From IMG/VR virus record IMGVR_UViG_3300020057_000035, positions 32,001-96,000 of that record: a DNA stretch of 64,000 nt; one strand, given 5' to 3'. A program made the translations under genes and the position numbers. The DNA comes from a virus. Shown here one piece after another: positions 28,866-40,429 of this stretch (within the stretch, counting starts at the first letter, position 1; each line of letters begins with the position of its first letter). The notes beneath the pieces are model-generated. The model did no database searches. It saw only the letters and a program-made list of their open reading frames with translations, and was not told the origin of the DNA.

Positions 28866-29534
28866 ATGATTGATTTTGAGTACAAAGAATATACACTAAC
28901 AGAAGTGACAATAAATGAAGGTGGTATAGATCTTAGATTTGGGTGGTCTTTTTTTGCAGAAGAAAACAGAGATAATATAACTCCAGAAGTTGGAGATACT
29001 GTTCGTATTTATGGAAAAGGAATTGGTTTCTCTGTTCGTGGTGTAGAAATTGTAAATAAAGGGTTTCTTTTCTATAGAACAAAAGATCAGGAAGAAGGAA
29101 AAAGAGATCTCGAACAGCAAGAACGTATACAAGAAAAAGAAGATAATTTAACTAAAACCATGGAAATAAGAAACTTAAATTGGTCTAAGCTTCCATATTC
29201 TTTTCAAGAGCGTAAAAAAAGATTTGAAAAGAATAATCCAAACTGGAGAAGAGACCACGAAGAGTATGAATTATTTGTGTGTCAAGAAGCATTTAATTTT
29301 AGTAATCATTTTTCTACCTCTGCTGATCTATTAAGATGGCAAAAGCTACCCTACGAAAAACAACAAGAAGCTTTTACATTTAGTGATTCTCATTCTGGAA
29401 ATACTTTCGAAGCTTCTTGTTTCTTTGCTTCTTTATTTTTAGAAGAAAAAGAAGTAGAATTAGTTGCACAACATGGCTCTATTTGTCCATTAGTTGGGTG
29501 TATTGAGTATGGGTGTGTGAAAACAGATAATTAA
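28866..29534 (+). CDS. Phage hypothetical protein
   Basis: AAGGA RBS, 222 aa, HSGNTF and PLVGC motifs. Confidence 0.7.
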   Translation: MIDFEYKEYTLTEVTINEGGIDLRFGWSFFAEENRDNITPEVGDTVRIYGKGIGFSVRGVEIVNKGFLFYRTKDQEEGKRDLEQQERIQEKEDNLTKTMEIRNLNWSKLPYSFQERKKRFEKNNPNWRRDHEEYELFVCQEAFNFSNHFSTSADLLRWQKLPYEKQQEAFTFSDSHSGNTFEASCFFASLFLEEKEVELVAQHGSICPLVGCIEYGCVKTDN

Positions 29535-29757
29535 CTCTACAGAAAAATTATATGTAATATTGGTATAGGATATCCTATACAACAAGAAGAAGAAGAGCGC
29601 GTTCGTAAGAACATATATAACACTGAATTTCATTCTATTATGTTAAAGGATATTTAAGCGATTGATAATGTTATTAAATTAATTGAAAAAACACTTGACA
29701 TATAGACAGAAACAAAGTAAGATTAAATAAAAAAGAGTAATAATAGGTTCTAATAAA

Positions 29758-30282
29758 ATGAAGATAGCATTTGTAGGTCCAATTTTCAGTGGTAAAACCC
29801 GTACAGCACTAGCATTAGGCTATGTTACTAAAATAGAAACACTGGCTTTTGGTGATTTAGTTAAAGAAGAAGTTGCTAGGGCAGTTTCAGATAATGATCC
29901 AATAGAAAGATCTAGAGTACTACATGAAATGCACACCCCAGAACTAAAATACAAATGGAGAGAAATACTTCAAGTGTGGGGTACTGAAGTTAGACGTAGA
30001 CATTATGGTGATGATTATTGGGTTAAAAAAATGGAAAATGAGTTACTTGATTTCTCTTCCATTATAGTAGATGATTGTAGATTTTGGAATGAATATGACA
30101 TGCTTAAAGAGCATGATTTTTGGTTTGTAAGATGTATGCCAAAAGAGGCAAATACTTCATTAACAGCACTGCATGAGAGCGAAATGTATTGGGCACAGTT
30201 TCCAGTAGATTTAACTTTAGAGTGGAAACCAGTCGAGAAAAGAGTTAAAGATATAATTAAGAAGTTTAATTATCACATATAA
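29758..30282 (+). CDS. Deoxynucleoside monophosphate kinase
   Basis: GPIFSGKT, REILQVWGTE, IIVDDCRF-NE. Confidence 0.85.
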   Translation: MKIAFVGPIFSGKTRTALALGYVTKIETLAFGDLVKEEVARAVSDNDPIERSRVLHEMHTPELKYKWREILQVWGTEVRRRHYGDDYWVKKMENELLDFSSIIVDDCRFWNEYDMLKEHDFWFVRCMPKEANTSLTALHESEMYWAQFPVDLTLEWKPVEKRVKDIIKKFNYHI

Positions 30283-30324
30283 AGCAACTGACTGTTTTAT
30301 AGAAAAGTGTGATATAATAAACAT

Positions 30325-31473
30325 ATGCCAAATAAAATAAAAACAAGAAAGCATATGATAAAAACATACCAATATAGATTACAAACAAGAAAAAATACAG
30401 AAGAGAAATTATTATTCACTCTTGAGCAGTGTAGATTGCTTTACAATAAGATATTAGAAACAAAAATTAAATATTATGAAATAGAAATTAAATCATTATC
30501 TATGTTTGATTGTAATAATTTAATTAAAACTTGGGAAATAAAAAATGTTAATGCTCAAGTATTGCAAAATGTTTCAGCAAGAGTAGATAATGCATTTAAA
30601 GGCTTTTTCAGAAGACTAAAAACAAAAGAAAAAAAAGCTGGTTTTCCTAGATTTAGGGGATTTAATAGATATGATTCTTTTACCTTTCCTCAATATGGAT
30701 TTAAATTGAATGGAAAATATCTCAAACTACAAAATATTGGAATTGTTAAAGTAATTTTACATAGACCAATTGAAGGTAGAATTAAAACATGTACAATTAA
30801 ACGAAATGGATTAAATCAATGGTTTGTTAGTTTTGTTTGTGAAATAGATAAAGAAATAATTATTAGTGATAATAAAAAAGCAATAGGTATTGATGTTGGG
30901 TGTAATAAATTTGCAGTAACAAGTGATAATACAATAATTGAGCACCCACATTATTACAGACAATCAGAAAAAAAACTAAAAGAACTTCAATCAAACTTTA
31001 ATGAAGTAATCAATTTATCAAATGATAATAAAAAGAAAATAAATATAAGGAAAAAACTAACAAGAACACATATTAAAGTAAAGAATCAAAGAAAAGATTT
31101 CTTACACAAAACAAGTAGAAGTATAGTAAATGAAAATGGTATTATTTGTGTAGAAAAACTAAATATTAAGAAAATGACTTCTGATAACTGGAAGTCACTA
31201 AACAAAAGCATGCTTGATGGTGGTTGGTATAACTTCAAACAAATGCTAACTTACAAGGCAGAATGGGCCGGTAAGAAAGTAGTTGAAGTAAATCCAGCAT
31301 TCACCAGTCAAACATGTAGTAAATGTGGAAATATTAAAAAGAAAGAATTAAATGAAAGAGTACATAATTGTTCATTTTGTGGATTAATATGTGATCGAGA
31401 TTTTAATGCTTCTTTAAATATATTAAGAGTTGGGATGAACTCTTTGAGTAGAAATATTCTAAATGCTGTTTAA
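30325..31473 (+). mobile_element. tnpB: IS200/IS605-family RNA-guided endonuclease TnpB, no TnpA nearby
   Basis: KTYQYRL, GFPRF, RuvC GIDVG / VEKL / DRDFNASLNI, CxxC...CxxC finger. Confidence 0.93.
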
Positions 31474-31828
31474 TAAACAAGCGCATTCGTACAGACGAAT
31501 AATAGAAACGTTTGGTTACGAAATATTATTCTGGAGAGAATTTGGAATATTACAAGGAGATAGTTTTGTTCTTTTAAAAAAAGATTCTGATTTTGGATAT
31601 TTAGTCATTGGTTGGGGCAGTTGTTTGGGGTGTGATGTGTTGATGAGAACTACTACAGCGAAAGAATTTATAGAATTAGAAAATATCTTACAAAATAAGA
31701 TATTTTGGGGAACTGCAAGTGGAATCATCAAACATATTGCAGAAGACTGTTATGATTGGTACCTTTATGAGGAAGATTTTGTTGATCTATTTAAAGAGGC
31801 AGTTGAAATAATTAAGGAAAATATCTGA
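31463..31828 (+). CDS. Phage hypothetical protein
   Basis: FGYLVIGWGSCLGCD motif. Confidence 0.65.
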   Translation: MLFNKQAHSYRRIIETFGYEILFWREFGILQGDSFVLLKKDSDFGYLVIGWGSCLGCDVLMRTTTAKEFIELENILQNKIFWGTASGIIKHIAEDCYDWYLYEEDFVDLFKEAVEIIKENI

Positions 31829-31990
31829 TTCTACTGCCACAATGCCGCTGAGAAGCTGTAGGAACGCGCTGAGACAGCTTTGTGGTTAAAAAGCTGTCTA
31901 ACTACTACTTTTCTAAATGAGGGCGGAAAACGTGTTTCTGCTATACTTAGTATATCGGAGTATACAATTATTTATACAGATTGTGTTGGA

Positions 31991-32341
31991 ATGTCGGGGG
32001 GAAAAAGAAAAAAGACATGTATGCGATGTTCTTCTGCTTTACCTCCACGTAGAATAAAGTGGTGCTCTAATAAGTGCAGCAATTGGTGGTTCGATAATCA
32101 TTGGTATTTTAAAGCCAGACGTAAGGTAGTATTAAAAGCGCGGGTACTTGACAAAAGAAAAGTTTTAGGGTACACGTGTGCTATATGTAATACTTTAGTA
32201 CAAATAATAGAAGTCGATCATATAATTAGAGCAATGGGAACGCATAATATATTAAGCTGTCTACATCATCAAGATAATCTTAGGGTATTATGCATTCCCT
32301 GCCATAGAATAATAACCAAGGAACAAAGGAAAACAAAGTAG
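31991..32341 (+). CDS. HNH endonuclease
   Basis: CAIC...EVDHII...NLRVLCIPCH; ATG 31991 preferred as start. Confidence 0.85.
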   Translation: MSGGKRKKTCMRCSSALPPRRIKWCSNKCSNWWFDNHWYFKARRKVVLKARVLDKRKVLGYTCAICNTLVQIIEVDHIIRAMGTHNILSCLHHQDNLRVLCIPCHRIITKEQRKTK

Positions 32342-33057
32342 AAAATCAAGTAATACAAGATGATTGTTTAGCTGTTCTAAAAACTCTTCAAGATAAATGT
32401 GTTGATTTAGTTGTAACAAGTCCACCATATAATATGCGAACTCGTATTAGAAATGGTAAATATACTACGAGAGAAAAGACAGAACACTTTAGTAAAAAAT
32501 ATAAACACTTTGATGATGCATTATCAATAGAAGATTTTTATGAATTTCATAGCTTTGTATTAAAAGAATTATTGCGTGTATCAAAGATAGTTTGTTACAA
32601 CTTTCAAATAGTAACTGGCAGTAAAGAAGCATTTTTTAAGATCATTGGAGATTTTAACAAAGACATAAAAGATATTATTATTTGGGATAAAAACACAGGT
32701 CAACCAGCAATGCATCAGCAGGTATTAAATAGTTGTTATGAGATGATTTTAGTATTAGAAGATGATAAAAAAGCAGGTAGACTTATACAAAACGCAAAAT
32801 TTAAAAGAGGAGAAATGAATAATATTTTGCGTATAGGTAGAGGTAAAAAAATATCTGATATTCATGGTGCTATTTTTCCAGAAGAGTTACCAGATATTTT
32901 AATAAAAGCATTTTCAAACGAGGGCGATGTTGTTTTAGATCCTTTTGCTGGAAGCGGAACCACTTTAGTATCCGCAAAGAAAAACAACAGGAAGTATGTA
33001 GGGATTGAAATAAGTTCAGAATATGTAAACAGTATCAATAAGAGACTAGAGGAATAA
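32338..33057 (+). CDS. Amino-methyltransferase, beta class (SPPY, probably N4-C); no canonical start codon
   Basis: Frame open upstream of ATG 32434: VENQVIQDDCL...VVTSPPY; H-AIFP, DPFAGSGTT. Confidence 0.8.
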   Translation, partial: VENQVIQDDCLAVLKTLQDKCVDLVVTSPPYNMRTRIRNGKYTTREKTEHFSKKYKHFDDALSIEDFYEFHSFVLKELLRVSKIVCYNFQIVTGSKEAFFKIIGDFNKDIKDIIIWDKNTGQPAMHQQVLNSCYEMILVLEDDKKAGRLIQNAKFKRGEMNNILRIGRGKKISDIHGAIFPEELPDILIKAFSNEGDVVLDPFAGSGTTLVSAKKNNRKYVGIEISSEYVNSINKRLEE

Positions 33058-33058
33058 T

Positions 33059-33769
33059 TTGGAAAAAAACACAGTTACACAAGGAGATTGTCTTTTAGTA
33101 ATGAAGGACATACCTAATAAATCAATAGATATGATTTTATGCGATCTTCCTTATCAAATTACTAAATTAAAATGGGATATCATTATACCTTTTGATTTAT
33201 TGTGGGAACAGTACAAAAGAATTATTAAAGACAACGGCGCAATAGTTTTGACAGCAAGTCAACCATTTACTAGTGCTTTAATTATGAGCAATATCAAAAT
33301 GTTTAAATATGAATGGATATGGCAAAAGTCAAAAGCAACAGGATTTCTTGATTGTAAATTAAAACCACTCAACAACTATGAAGACATAGTGATCTTCTCT
33401 AATGGAAAAACAACCTACAACCCACAAATGATTAAGGGAAAATTACATAAGAACGGTGGTGGGAAAACTGGACCAGCAGAAGTTTATGGTAACTTTGCAG
33501 ATAGAAAGTCTAGTGAGACTGATTTGTATTATCCAAAGAGAATTATTCAATTTACAACTGAACACGGTCTTCATCCCACCCAAAAGCCAGTAAAACTATT
33601 TGAGTATCTTATCAAGACCTACACAAATGAAGGAGATCTTGTATTAGATAATTGTGCAGGCTCAGGGACTACTGGTGTAGCTGCTATAAATACTGGTAGA
33701 AATTATATGCTTATTGAAAAAGAGCAAAAATATGTAAACAGTATCAACAAGAGATTAAATACGACATGA
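33059..33769 (+). CDS. Amino-methyltransferase, beta class (DLPY)
   Basis: ILCDLPY, HPTQKP, DNCAGSGTT. Confidence 0.92.
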   Translation: MEKNTVTQGDCLLVMKDIPNKSIDMILCDLPYQITKLKWDIIIPFDLLWEQYKRIIKDNGAIVLTASQPFTSALIMSNIKMFKYEWIWQKSKATGFLDCKLKPLNNYEDIVIFSNGKTTYNPQMIKGKLHKNGGGKTGPAEVYGNFADRKSSETDLYYPKRIIQFTTEHGLHPTQKPVKLFEYLIKTYTNEGDLVLDNCAGSGTTGVAAINTGRNYMLIEKEQKYVNSINKRLNTT

Positions 33770-34218
33770 GAAGAATTTTATTCAATGAATTAATAGAAGG
33801 AGCAAAGAAACTAAAAGAAAAACGTATAGATAACGAAGAATTACGCGAAATTGATAAAAATATAGCAGAACTTTTAGGATATGATGTATCAGATGGTTTT
33901 TATTACAGAGGAGGAGATCCAGAAGAAGGAGTACCAGCACACAAAGTAAGCAGAGCTATACAAATAAAACCAAAAGGAAGCGCATCATGGTTCTACAAAA
34001 ACTGCCCTTATTACACGGTAGACATAAAAGCAGCATTAGAGTTAATGAATGAAATGAAGGAGTTAAATCCTTTTCTTGGTTTTTCCGCTCATTTTTCTCG
34101 CGAGTGGGTATACACGTGGTATCCAGAAAACAGTTCTGTACCAGAAAACAGCATCTCAGATGAACCTGCTCATGCAATAGCTTTGGGATGGCTGAAATGG
34201 AAAACTAAAGGAGAATAA
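33766..34218 (+). CDS. Phage ABA-sandwich-like protein
   Basis: EIDKNIAE...PYYTVDIKAA...PAHAIALGWLK. Confidence 0.6.
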   Translation: MRRILFNELIEGAKKLKEKRIDNEELREIDKNIAELLGYDVSDGFYYRGGDPEEGVPAHKVSRAIQIKPKGSASWFYKNCPYYTVDIKAALELMNEMKELNPFLGFSAHFSREWVYTWYPENSSVPENSISDEPAHAIALGWLKWKTKGE

Positions 34219-34284
34219 GTGAAAATATTAGAATTATTTGCAGGAAGTTGTTCTATTGGTAAAGAAGCTAAAACCACCCTCTAG
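34219..34284 (+). pseudogene. Truncated methyltransferase N-terminus at the strand-switch point
   Basis: MKILELFAGSCSIGKEAK then stop; GGAG RBS. Confidence 0.7.
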
Positions 34285-34305
34285 GACTTTAAATTCTATT
34301 AACAT

Positions 34306-34638
34306 TCAATGTATTTCCCATTCATTTATCTCTGCCATCACATGTGGTTCAGAATGATACCAGAACGTTTCATCATTTTTGATCCATGTTCCTGTGTGAT
34401 TTTCCCAAGACTTCATTGCAGCTTCAGGAGAAGAAAATACTCCTTCTATATATCTAACCTCAATGAAAGTTGTTAGTATATATACTTTTTTATTAAATAG
34501 TTGATTAGCTCTAATCATTCTTTGATCTAAAGAGCCATATGAGACACACATAGAACAACCATAAGAAGAAAAATTATCAACACAAGAACAAGAAGGATCA
34601 CATTGCTGTAAAACTGAGCAAGGACAAGATCTATTCAT
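34306..34638 (-). CDS. Cys-rich hypothetical protein
   Basis: CPC...C-PSCSC...GCSMC-SYGS. Confidence 0.6.
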   Translation of the reverse strand: MNRSCPCSVLQQCDPSCSCVDNFSSYGCSMCVSYGSLDQRMIRANQLFNKKVYILTTFIEVRYIEGVFSSPEAAMKSWENHTGTWIKNDETFWYHSEPHVMAEINEWEIH

Positions 34639-34840
34639 GAGTTATTGGGTGCTTTACTTTTAGTACTTTATATCCCATGTGACTAGCTAATTTAAATGTT
34701 TCAGTGTCATTATCTGTTGCATGAACTAAACTTGGTGAACTACCAATATCATAATCATCTATTCCTTTATTTTTATATACTAAGTACATTATTTACATCT
34801 TCTGCATTTCTTTGGTTCTTCATTGCTTTCCCAATCATAA

Positions 34841-34889
34841 GTGAACAAAGTTGTTCGCAAGCTCACTAATTAATTAGTGAGTACTTGAC
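34841..34889 (+). mobile_element. IS200/IS605-type end / omegaRNA-like double hairpin
   Basis: GTGAACAA-AG-TTGTTCGC then AAGCTCACTAATTAATTAGTGAGTACTTGAC. Confidence 0.6.
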
Positions 34890-34932
34890 ACATGAAGTAT
34901 ATCAGAAAAGTGTCAGTTTGTCAATAGGTTAA

Positions 34933-35235
34933 TTATGGTATTTTTAAATCTGATGCACTCGGCATAGAGCTTGATGATGGGTTAGGGGGCGCGGGTAATG
35001 GATAGTTTGATGATCGATCTGCTGCCGACTGAGCTACTTGATGTGATCCCGTTATTAAGGTTACGATTGAAGTCATAAGAGCGCCTAGTGTTGCAAATAA
35101 ACTCTCTGGTAAACCCCAGATAGCGATAGATGGGATAGCAATAATTGCCAATATAAGTATTGATCCTACTCCTATAGATAAACCAATAATGAGACCAGAT
35201 AGTTTACGAGACTCTGCTGGATCATAAAGTTTCAT
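34933..35235 (-). CDS. Two-TM membrane protein (holin candidate)
   Basis: Two hydrophobic segments, SHQVAQSAADRSSNY tail. Confidence 0.65.
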   Translation of the reverse strand: MKLYDPAESRKLSGLIIGLSIGVGSILILAIIAIPSIAIWGLPESLFATLGALMTSIVTLITGSHQVAQSAADRSSNYPLPAPPNPSSSSMPSASDLKIP

Positions 35236-35489
35236 TATCTAATCCTGTTATCTTTTTTAGGACGTGATTCAGACGGTTGATAGTTTGGAGATCTATCCGC
35301 CATAGTTTGTCCAACCTGGTGACCAATACCAATTCCCGTAATCAAGGCACCAATCTGCTCAAACAATCCCGTATCCATACCAAAAACAGACACTGCTACT
35401 ATAGCAAGGATACAAAGAAGTAACAACGCACATAATACAACAATAAGACTAATGAGTTTTCTACTAGGGGGTATGGTTGGTAAATTCAA
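35235..35489 (-). CDS. Two-TM membrane protein, paralog of previous
   Basis: SRKL...GHQVGQTMADRSPNY. Confidence 0.65.
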   Translation of the reverse strand: MNLPTIPPSRKLISLIVVLCALLLLCILAIVAVSVFGMDTGLFEQIGALITGIGIGHQVGQTMADRSPNYQPSESRPKKDNRIR

Positions 35490-35674
35490 AAATTATCTCA
35501 GATTATATTGCGCCACTAGCTGTTGTTATTGCATATAAAAATACCCATGCGGCAAAAACAACGCCTGCAATTAAAATAAGCCATTTACGACGAGTCATTT
35601 TATTCCTTCTCCTAACATACCAACTACAAGAAATATTGATATTAGTATTAGTATAAACCACACAACTGGTGTTT

Positions 35675-36013
35675 TCATTTGAGAATCCCTAGGATACCAT
35701 TTACAAATATCCCTCCTGTAACAAATAAAGCACCTCCTAGTAAAAACCAAATAAAAGCATTATCTAATTTATTAAGTGTTACTATTACAGCATTAATTGG
35801 TCCAACAACACCATCATGCTTTCCTTTTCTGTATGCCTTTTTTTCTATTACTTCAATATCATCTAATGAATGTATTGTTTCATGGGAAGCACGCCACAGC
35901 TTTATTCCTGCAAGTGTGCCATTCATGGCTTTGAATTGATTTTCAAGTCCAGTAGTACGTTCTATAATAACAGTTAACTGCTTTAATACTTCTACTTCAA
36001 AAGCTTCTGCCAT
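35675..36013 (-). CDS. Coiled-coil protein with C-terminal TM helix
   Basis: GGAG RBS; hydrophobic C-terminus. Confidence 0.6.
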   Translation of the reverse strand: MAEAFEVEVLKQLTVIIERTTGLENQFKAMNGTLAGIKLWRASHETIHSLDDIEVIEKKAYRKGKHDGVVGPINAVIVTLNKLDNAFIWFLLGGALFVTGGIFVNGILGILK

Positions 36014-36241
36014 CTAATCCGCTCCTTTTAGTCATTTTGGTTCTTGTTTTCGTGTAGGAATTGAAAAGCCAAAATGCTCTGATGGTAATTGTACCATAGG
36101 AGTTAATCCCTTGAGACGTACTATCTCTTCTTCAAGCATAATAATGCGTAATTTATATTGCCCAAGAGCAAGCATAAGTCTACCTATTGGTAGACTCATA
36201 GACTCGTCTTCTGGAGGAGATTCTGTATTACTCATATCAGG

Positions 36242-36499
36242 TTAAGGGAGGTGCTGGGTTACGGCATCAACCAAGTCATGTGCTACTCTCATGAAACTAT
36301 CTTTTAATACACGTAATTCTTCAAGACAAGCATCAATGGTTTTTCCACCTACATTAATAGGAGCTTGAACCGCTGCTTGTGCAGCATCAGCAGCACTACC
36401 AACTACTTTGATAGTGCTATCAAGTGTACTGTCAGCAAGATCAACTACAACATTTGAGGTATTTTGGACTATATCAGACATTTTTTCTTTTCCTTTCAA
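36242..36499 (-). CDS. Small amphipathic Ala/Val-rich protein
   Basis: ORF, probable start MSDIV. Confidence 0.55.
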   Translation of the reverse strand: MKGKEKMSDIVQNTSNVVVDLADSTLDSTIKVVGSAADAAQAAVQAPINVGGKTIDACLEELRVLKDSFMRVAHDLVDAVTQHLP

Positions 36500-36979
36500 T
36501 GACAGATAAAATATTATCTTGTTTCGTTAATTACTTGTCACTATTAGTTTTTCTTAAAGAAACAGATCCCTGTACTAAAGAAGTTAATAGTGTAGAACCA
36601 GAGGCAGCAAAGCTTGTAATTGTTAAAGTAAGTATACTTAGCCAGTACTGAGTAGAAGTAATATCAATAAGCTGTAGTGCTTGTAGTGCCACTAGTGGTG
36701 GACTAAGTGTTCCAGCTATTATTGAGAAAAACATACGACGTATTGACATATTAAACTACTTATTTTCCTTATAAGCTAAAAATTTCTCCAGCCTCTTATA
36801 AGTATATTATACCACGAAACAATTACACAAAAGCTGTAATTGTATATATTTTATAACAGTTTTGAACTTATTGTTTCGGTTAAGATTTCATTAAGTCTTT
36901 GCAATATACAGTGTTGTTCCCACTGATTTGTTTCTGCCACAATAATAAACAATAGCTTTTCTTAATTCTTCTAATTAAG

Positions 36980-37342
36980 TCATAACGTGTTCGCAACAAA
37001 ATACCACGTTGGAGAAACATATTTAATACTTAACGTTTCGCAGAATTCCTTAATGTCTTTTTCCCATCTAATTAGATTATTGTTTGATGGTATTTTAATT
37101 TGAACCATTTGATAATTATTTGTTAAGGTTGATGATTCTATATGATACAAATAATATACAGTAGCTTCTTTATTTTCAGTAGGTATATTGATACTTACTT
37201 TGCAGTTTTTCCATGGTGGTTTATTTGTTACTTCTTCCCACACTTCTTCCCAATCTACCTCTTTTTGTGTCACTTTATCCTTAAAGTAAATTTGATCTTT
37301 TCTTAATGGGAAACCATAAAAAGTTGAAGCCAAAGAATCCAT
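36980..37342 (-). CDS. Hypothetical protein
   Basis: ORF with AAGGCGG upstream. Confidence 0.55.
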   Translation of the reverse strand: MDSLASTFYGFPLRKDQIYFKDKVTQKEVDWEEVWEEVTNKPPWKNCKVSINIPTENKEATVYYLYHIESSTLTNNYQMVQIKIPSNNNLIRWEKDIKEFCETLSIKYVSPTWYFVANTL

Positions 37343-37361
37343 GTGATACCGCCTTATTTAG

Positions 37362-38227
<866 letters not shown>

Positions 38228-38365
38228 AATAAATATTCATTTATATTTTGTTTTAATATATCCCATTCAAGTTGTGTCATTGCGTGCTTGGCTATATTCT
38301 CAAACCAAGTCTTCTGATGCCCTAATTGTCACTGGTTATTTGATCATCCCCTAAAATAGAATACT

Positions 38366-38441
38366 TGGAGCAGACAGGAGGCCATGATCCCCCAACCTCT
38401 TCATTACAAATGAAGTGCTCTACCACTTGAGCTATGCCTGC
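38366..38441 (-). tRNA. tRNA-Thr(TGT)
   Basis: GCAGGCA/TGTCTGC, CTTCA-TTTGTAA-TGAAG, atypical T-loop ATCATGG, TCCA. Confidence 0.85.
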
Positions 38442-38474
38442 AAAATCGCACTCTGCCAACTGAGTTACACTAGC
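38442..38474 (-). pseudogene. 5' half of a tRNA fused to tRNA-Thr
   Basis: GCTAGTG TA ACTC AGTTGGCA GAGT G CGATT TT ends at the anticodon loop. Confidence 0.7.
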
Positions 38475-38810
38475 CATTATATTATTCTAGCGAAAATACT
38501 GTAATAATCAGTATAGTTGAGTGGCATGCTAACAATCTACTGTCTCAGTATAACAGATTGAGTCCGTATTGTCAAGAGATGTCTAAAAAATCAAAACCTC
38601 TTTATTTCTCATTTTAATCTTTTTTGCTTTAATTGTTATATTGTCTTGATATGCTGCATATCCGTACGCAATATTAAAATGATCATATGCAAAATTTATA
38701 GCTTCTGACAAATAAAACCCATAGTGAATATATGAATACAATTTAATAATAGAAAAATCATCTTTTTTTGTGTAAAAATCTACTATACATTCTTCTGGTT
38801 TATTAATTTT

Positions 38811-39140
38811 TTAACTCCATATTATGCTAAGTTCTGGTGTTAAACCAGAAGTTCTCCAATAAGGTTTATTATATTCTTCTTCTATAATAGTTACTTCTGG
38901 TGTTTCTATTCCTGTGAAAGTATTATTTAAATAATTGAATAATTCGCTTAATTTTTCTAATGTATGCGAATCAATTTTTACTCTCAAAAAAGCACACCAA
39001 TAAACACTAGTTACATTTACTATTTTTCCGCACCCTAACATATTTAATTTATTATGTAAGTCTTCGAATGTCTCTAATATCTCTGACTCATCTATGTCTT
39101 CTACTGTAATGTTTATTTTAAATTCTAATTCTTTTGTCAT
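38811..39140 (-). CDS. Hypothetical protein
   Basis: ORF following the ligase C-half. Confidence 0.5.
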   Translation of the reverse strand: MTKELEFKINITVEDIDESEILETFEDLHNKLNMLGCGKIVNVTSVYWCAFLRVKIDSHTLEKLSELFNYLNNTFTGIETPEVTIIEEEYNKPYWRTSGLTPELSIIWS

Positions 39141-39149
39141 ATTTTTCTC

Positions 39150-39764
39150 TTATTCTTTAAAGTATAAAATGAATTCTGGATTTATTATTTTGAAACTAAG
39201 TCTACCTAGTTCTTTGTCTCTAATAGTATTGTCTTCTGATCTAATTACAATACCCTCTGCCCACACATTATTATTTATTGTTGATTTAATTGTTGCTTTT
39301 GCAACTAATTCATCTATAGTAAATAATAATAAATCAGTACCTAAAAAGGGTACGTGTCTTAAGTCATTTATTTCACAAAAGACAAGCATCTCAAGAAAAT
39401 CTAAATATCTATTTTCTTTTCTTGAGTATACGTTAAATACATATAGATCTTGTTTAGAGAGTTTTAGTTTATTTCCTTGTATTCCCGGCCCTACTAATTC
39501 TCCTTGAACTACATAGTCATCAGAATATTTAGTTAGAATTGATTTAAGATTTAATAGTTTTGCTATTCTCCAATAAGAATTATCTTCTGTTTCTTTTATA
39601 TCTAAGTTTTTACTACACACATGTAATTCACTGTCTTCTACAAATGCAGTCATACTTGAGTTATGCACTAATATACCATTTGCAAAAAAACTATGAGTAT
39701 GTTTTGTTTCTATATCATACTTATTTGAACTACAAGAAATCCTAGTTATTTTTTTAATTTTCAT
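39150..39764 (-). CDS. Split-intein C fragment (35 aa) fused to C-terminal half of a DRB0094-family RNA ligase
   Basis: MKIKKI...YDIET...FFANGILVHN|SSMT...VCSKN...QGELVGPGIQGN...FNV...EGIV...SFKIIN. Confidence 0.92.
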   Translation of the reverse strand: MKIKKITRISCSSNKYDIETKHTHSFFANGILVHNSSMTAFVEDSELHVCSKNLDIKETEDNSYWRIAKLLNLKSILTKYSDDYVVQGELVGPGIQGNKLKLSKQDLYVFNVYSRKENRYLDFLEMLVFCEINDLRHVPFLGTDLLLFTIDELVAKATIKSTINNNVWAEGIVIRSEDNTIRDKELGRLSFKIINPEFILYFKE

Positions 39765-39898
39765 TTATTCATTTTTCCTATTTCTTCTAAAATAAAACTA
39801 TCTAACTCTTCATTGTGATATTAATTGAACCTCACTCGAATTAATCCAACCTGTACTAATTACTTTAATATTAGATGTACTCAGGTTACTCCCTTGTG

Positions 39899-40417
39899 CT
39901 AGTATATCACCTTTGACTGAGAAATGTCAATAGAGGAGCTTTGCTCGCGCAAGACAGTAGGAAATGTCCAAGAAGCCGCAGTTAAACGAAAAACAATTTT
40001 AGTAGGAACATGGGTTACCCCCCTCTCCCACCTAGATACACTACTTTGACTCACCCCTAGTGCTTTAGCGAATCCGCGCTGAGTTTGATGATTTTTTGTT
40101 AGGCCAGATGCTCTTAGTTCTATTAACTCTTCTGGCATCATTGGAGGAAGCAAACAATATTCTCTATTTCTCTCTGCATTAGCACGTTTATATTCTTCCA
40201 TGCCGTTTATTTGTTCCTTATGGCTTTTCTTTATTAGATTATTGTACAAATGAAATATATCATAGTTAAATTTACGTGTTGCAAGTATCATCGGCGTAGT
40301 TGTGCCTTTTTTATTAGGAAATTGTTCTTCTATGCTCAAGCTACGCTGTCTCCAAGTTATTAATTTTCTCTTGGAAAAATACCCCATAAGCATACCATCA
40401 TTGTCTTTAGTCATCAT
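39899..40417 (-). CDS. Protein with C-terminal XRE-type HTH
   Basis: TQRGFAKALGVSQSSVSRWERG. Confidence 0.7.
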   Translation of the reverse strand: MMTKDNDGMLMGYFSKRKLITWRQRSLSIEEQFPNKKGTTTPMILATRKFNYDIFHLYNNLIKKSHKEQINGMEEYKRANAERNREYCLLPPMMPEELIELRASGLTKNHQTQRGFAKALGVSQSSVSRWERGVTHVPTKIVFRLTAASWTFPTVLREQSSSIDISQSKVIY

Positions 40418-40429
40418 TATTAGTTTGTC

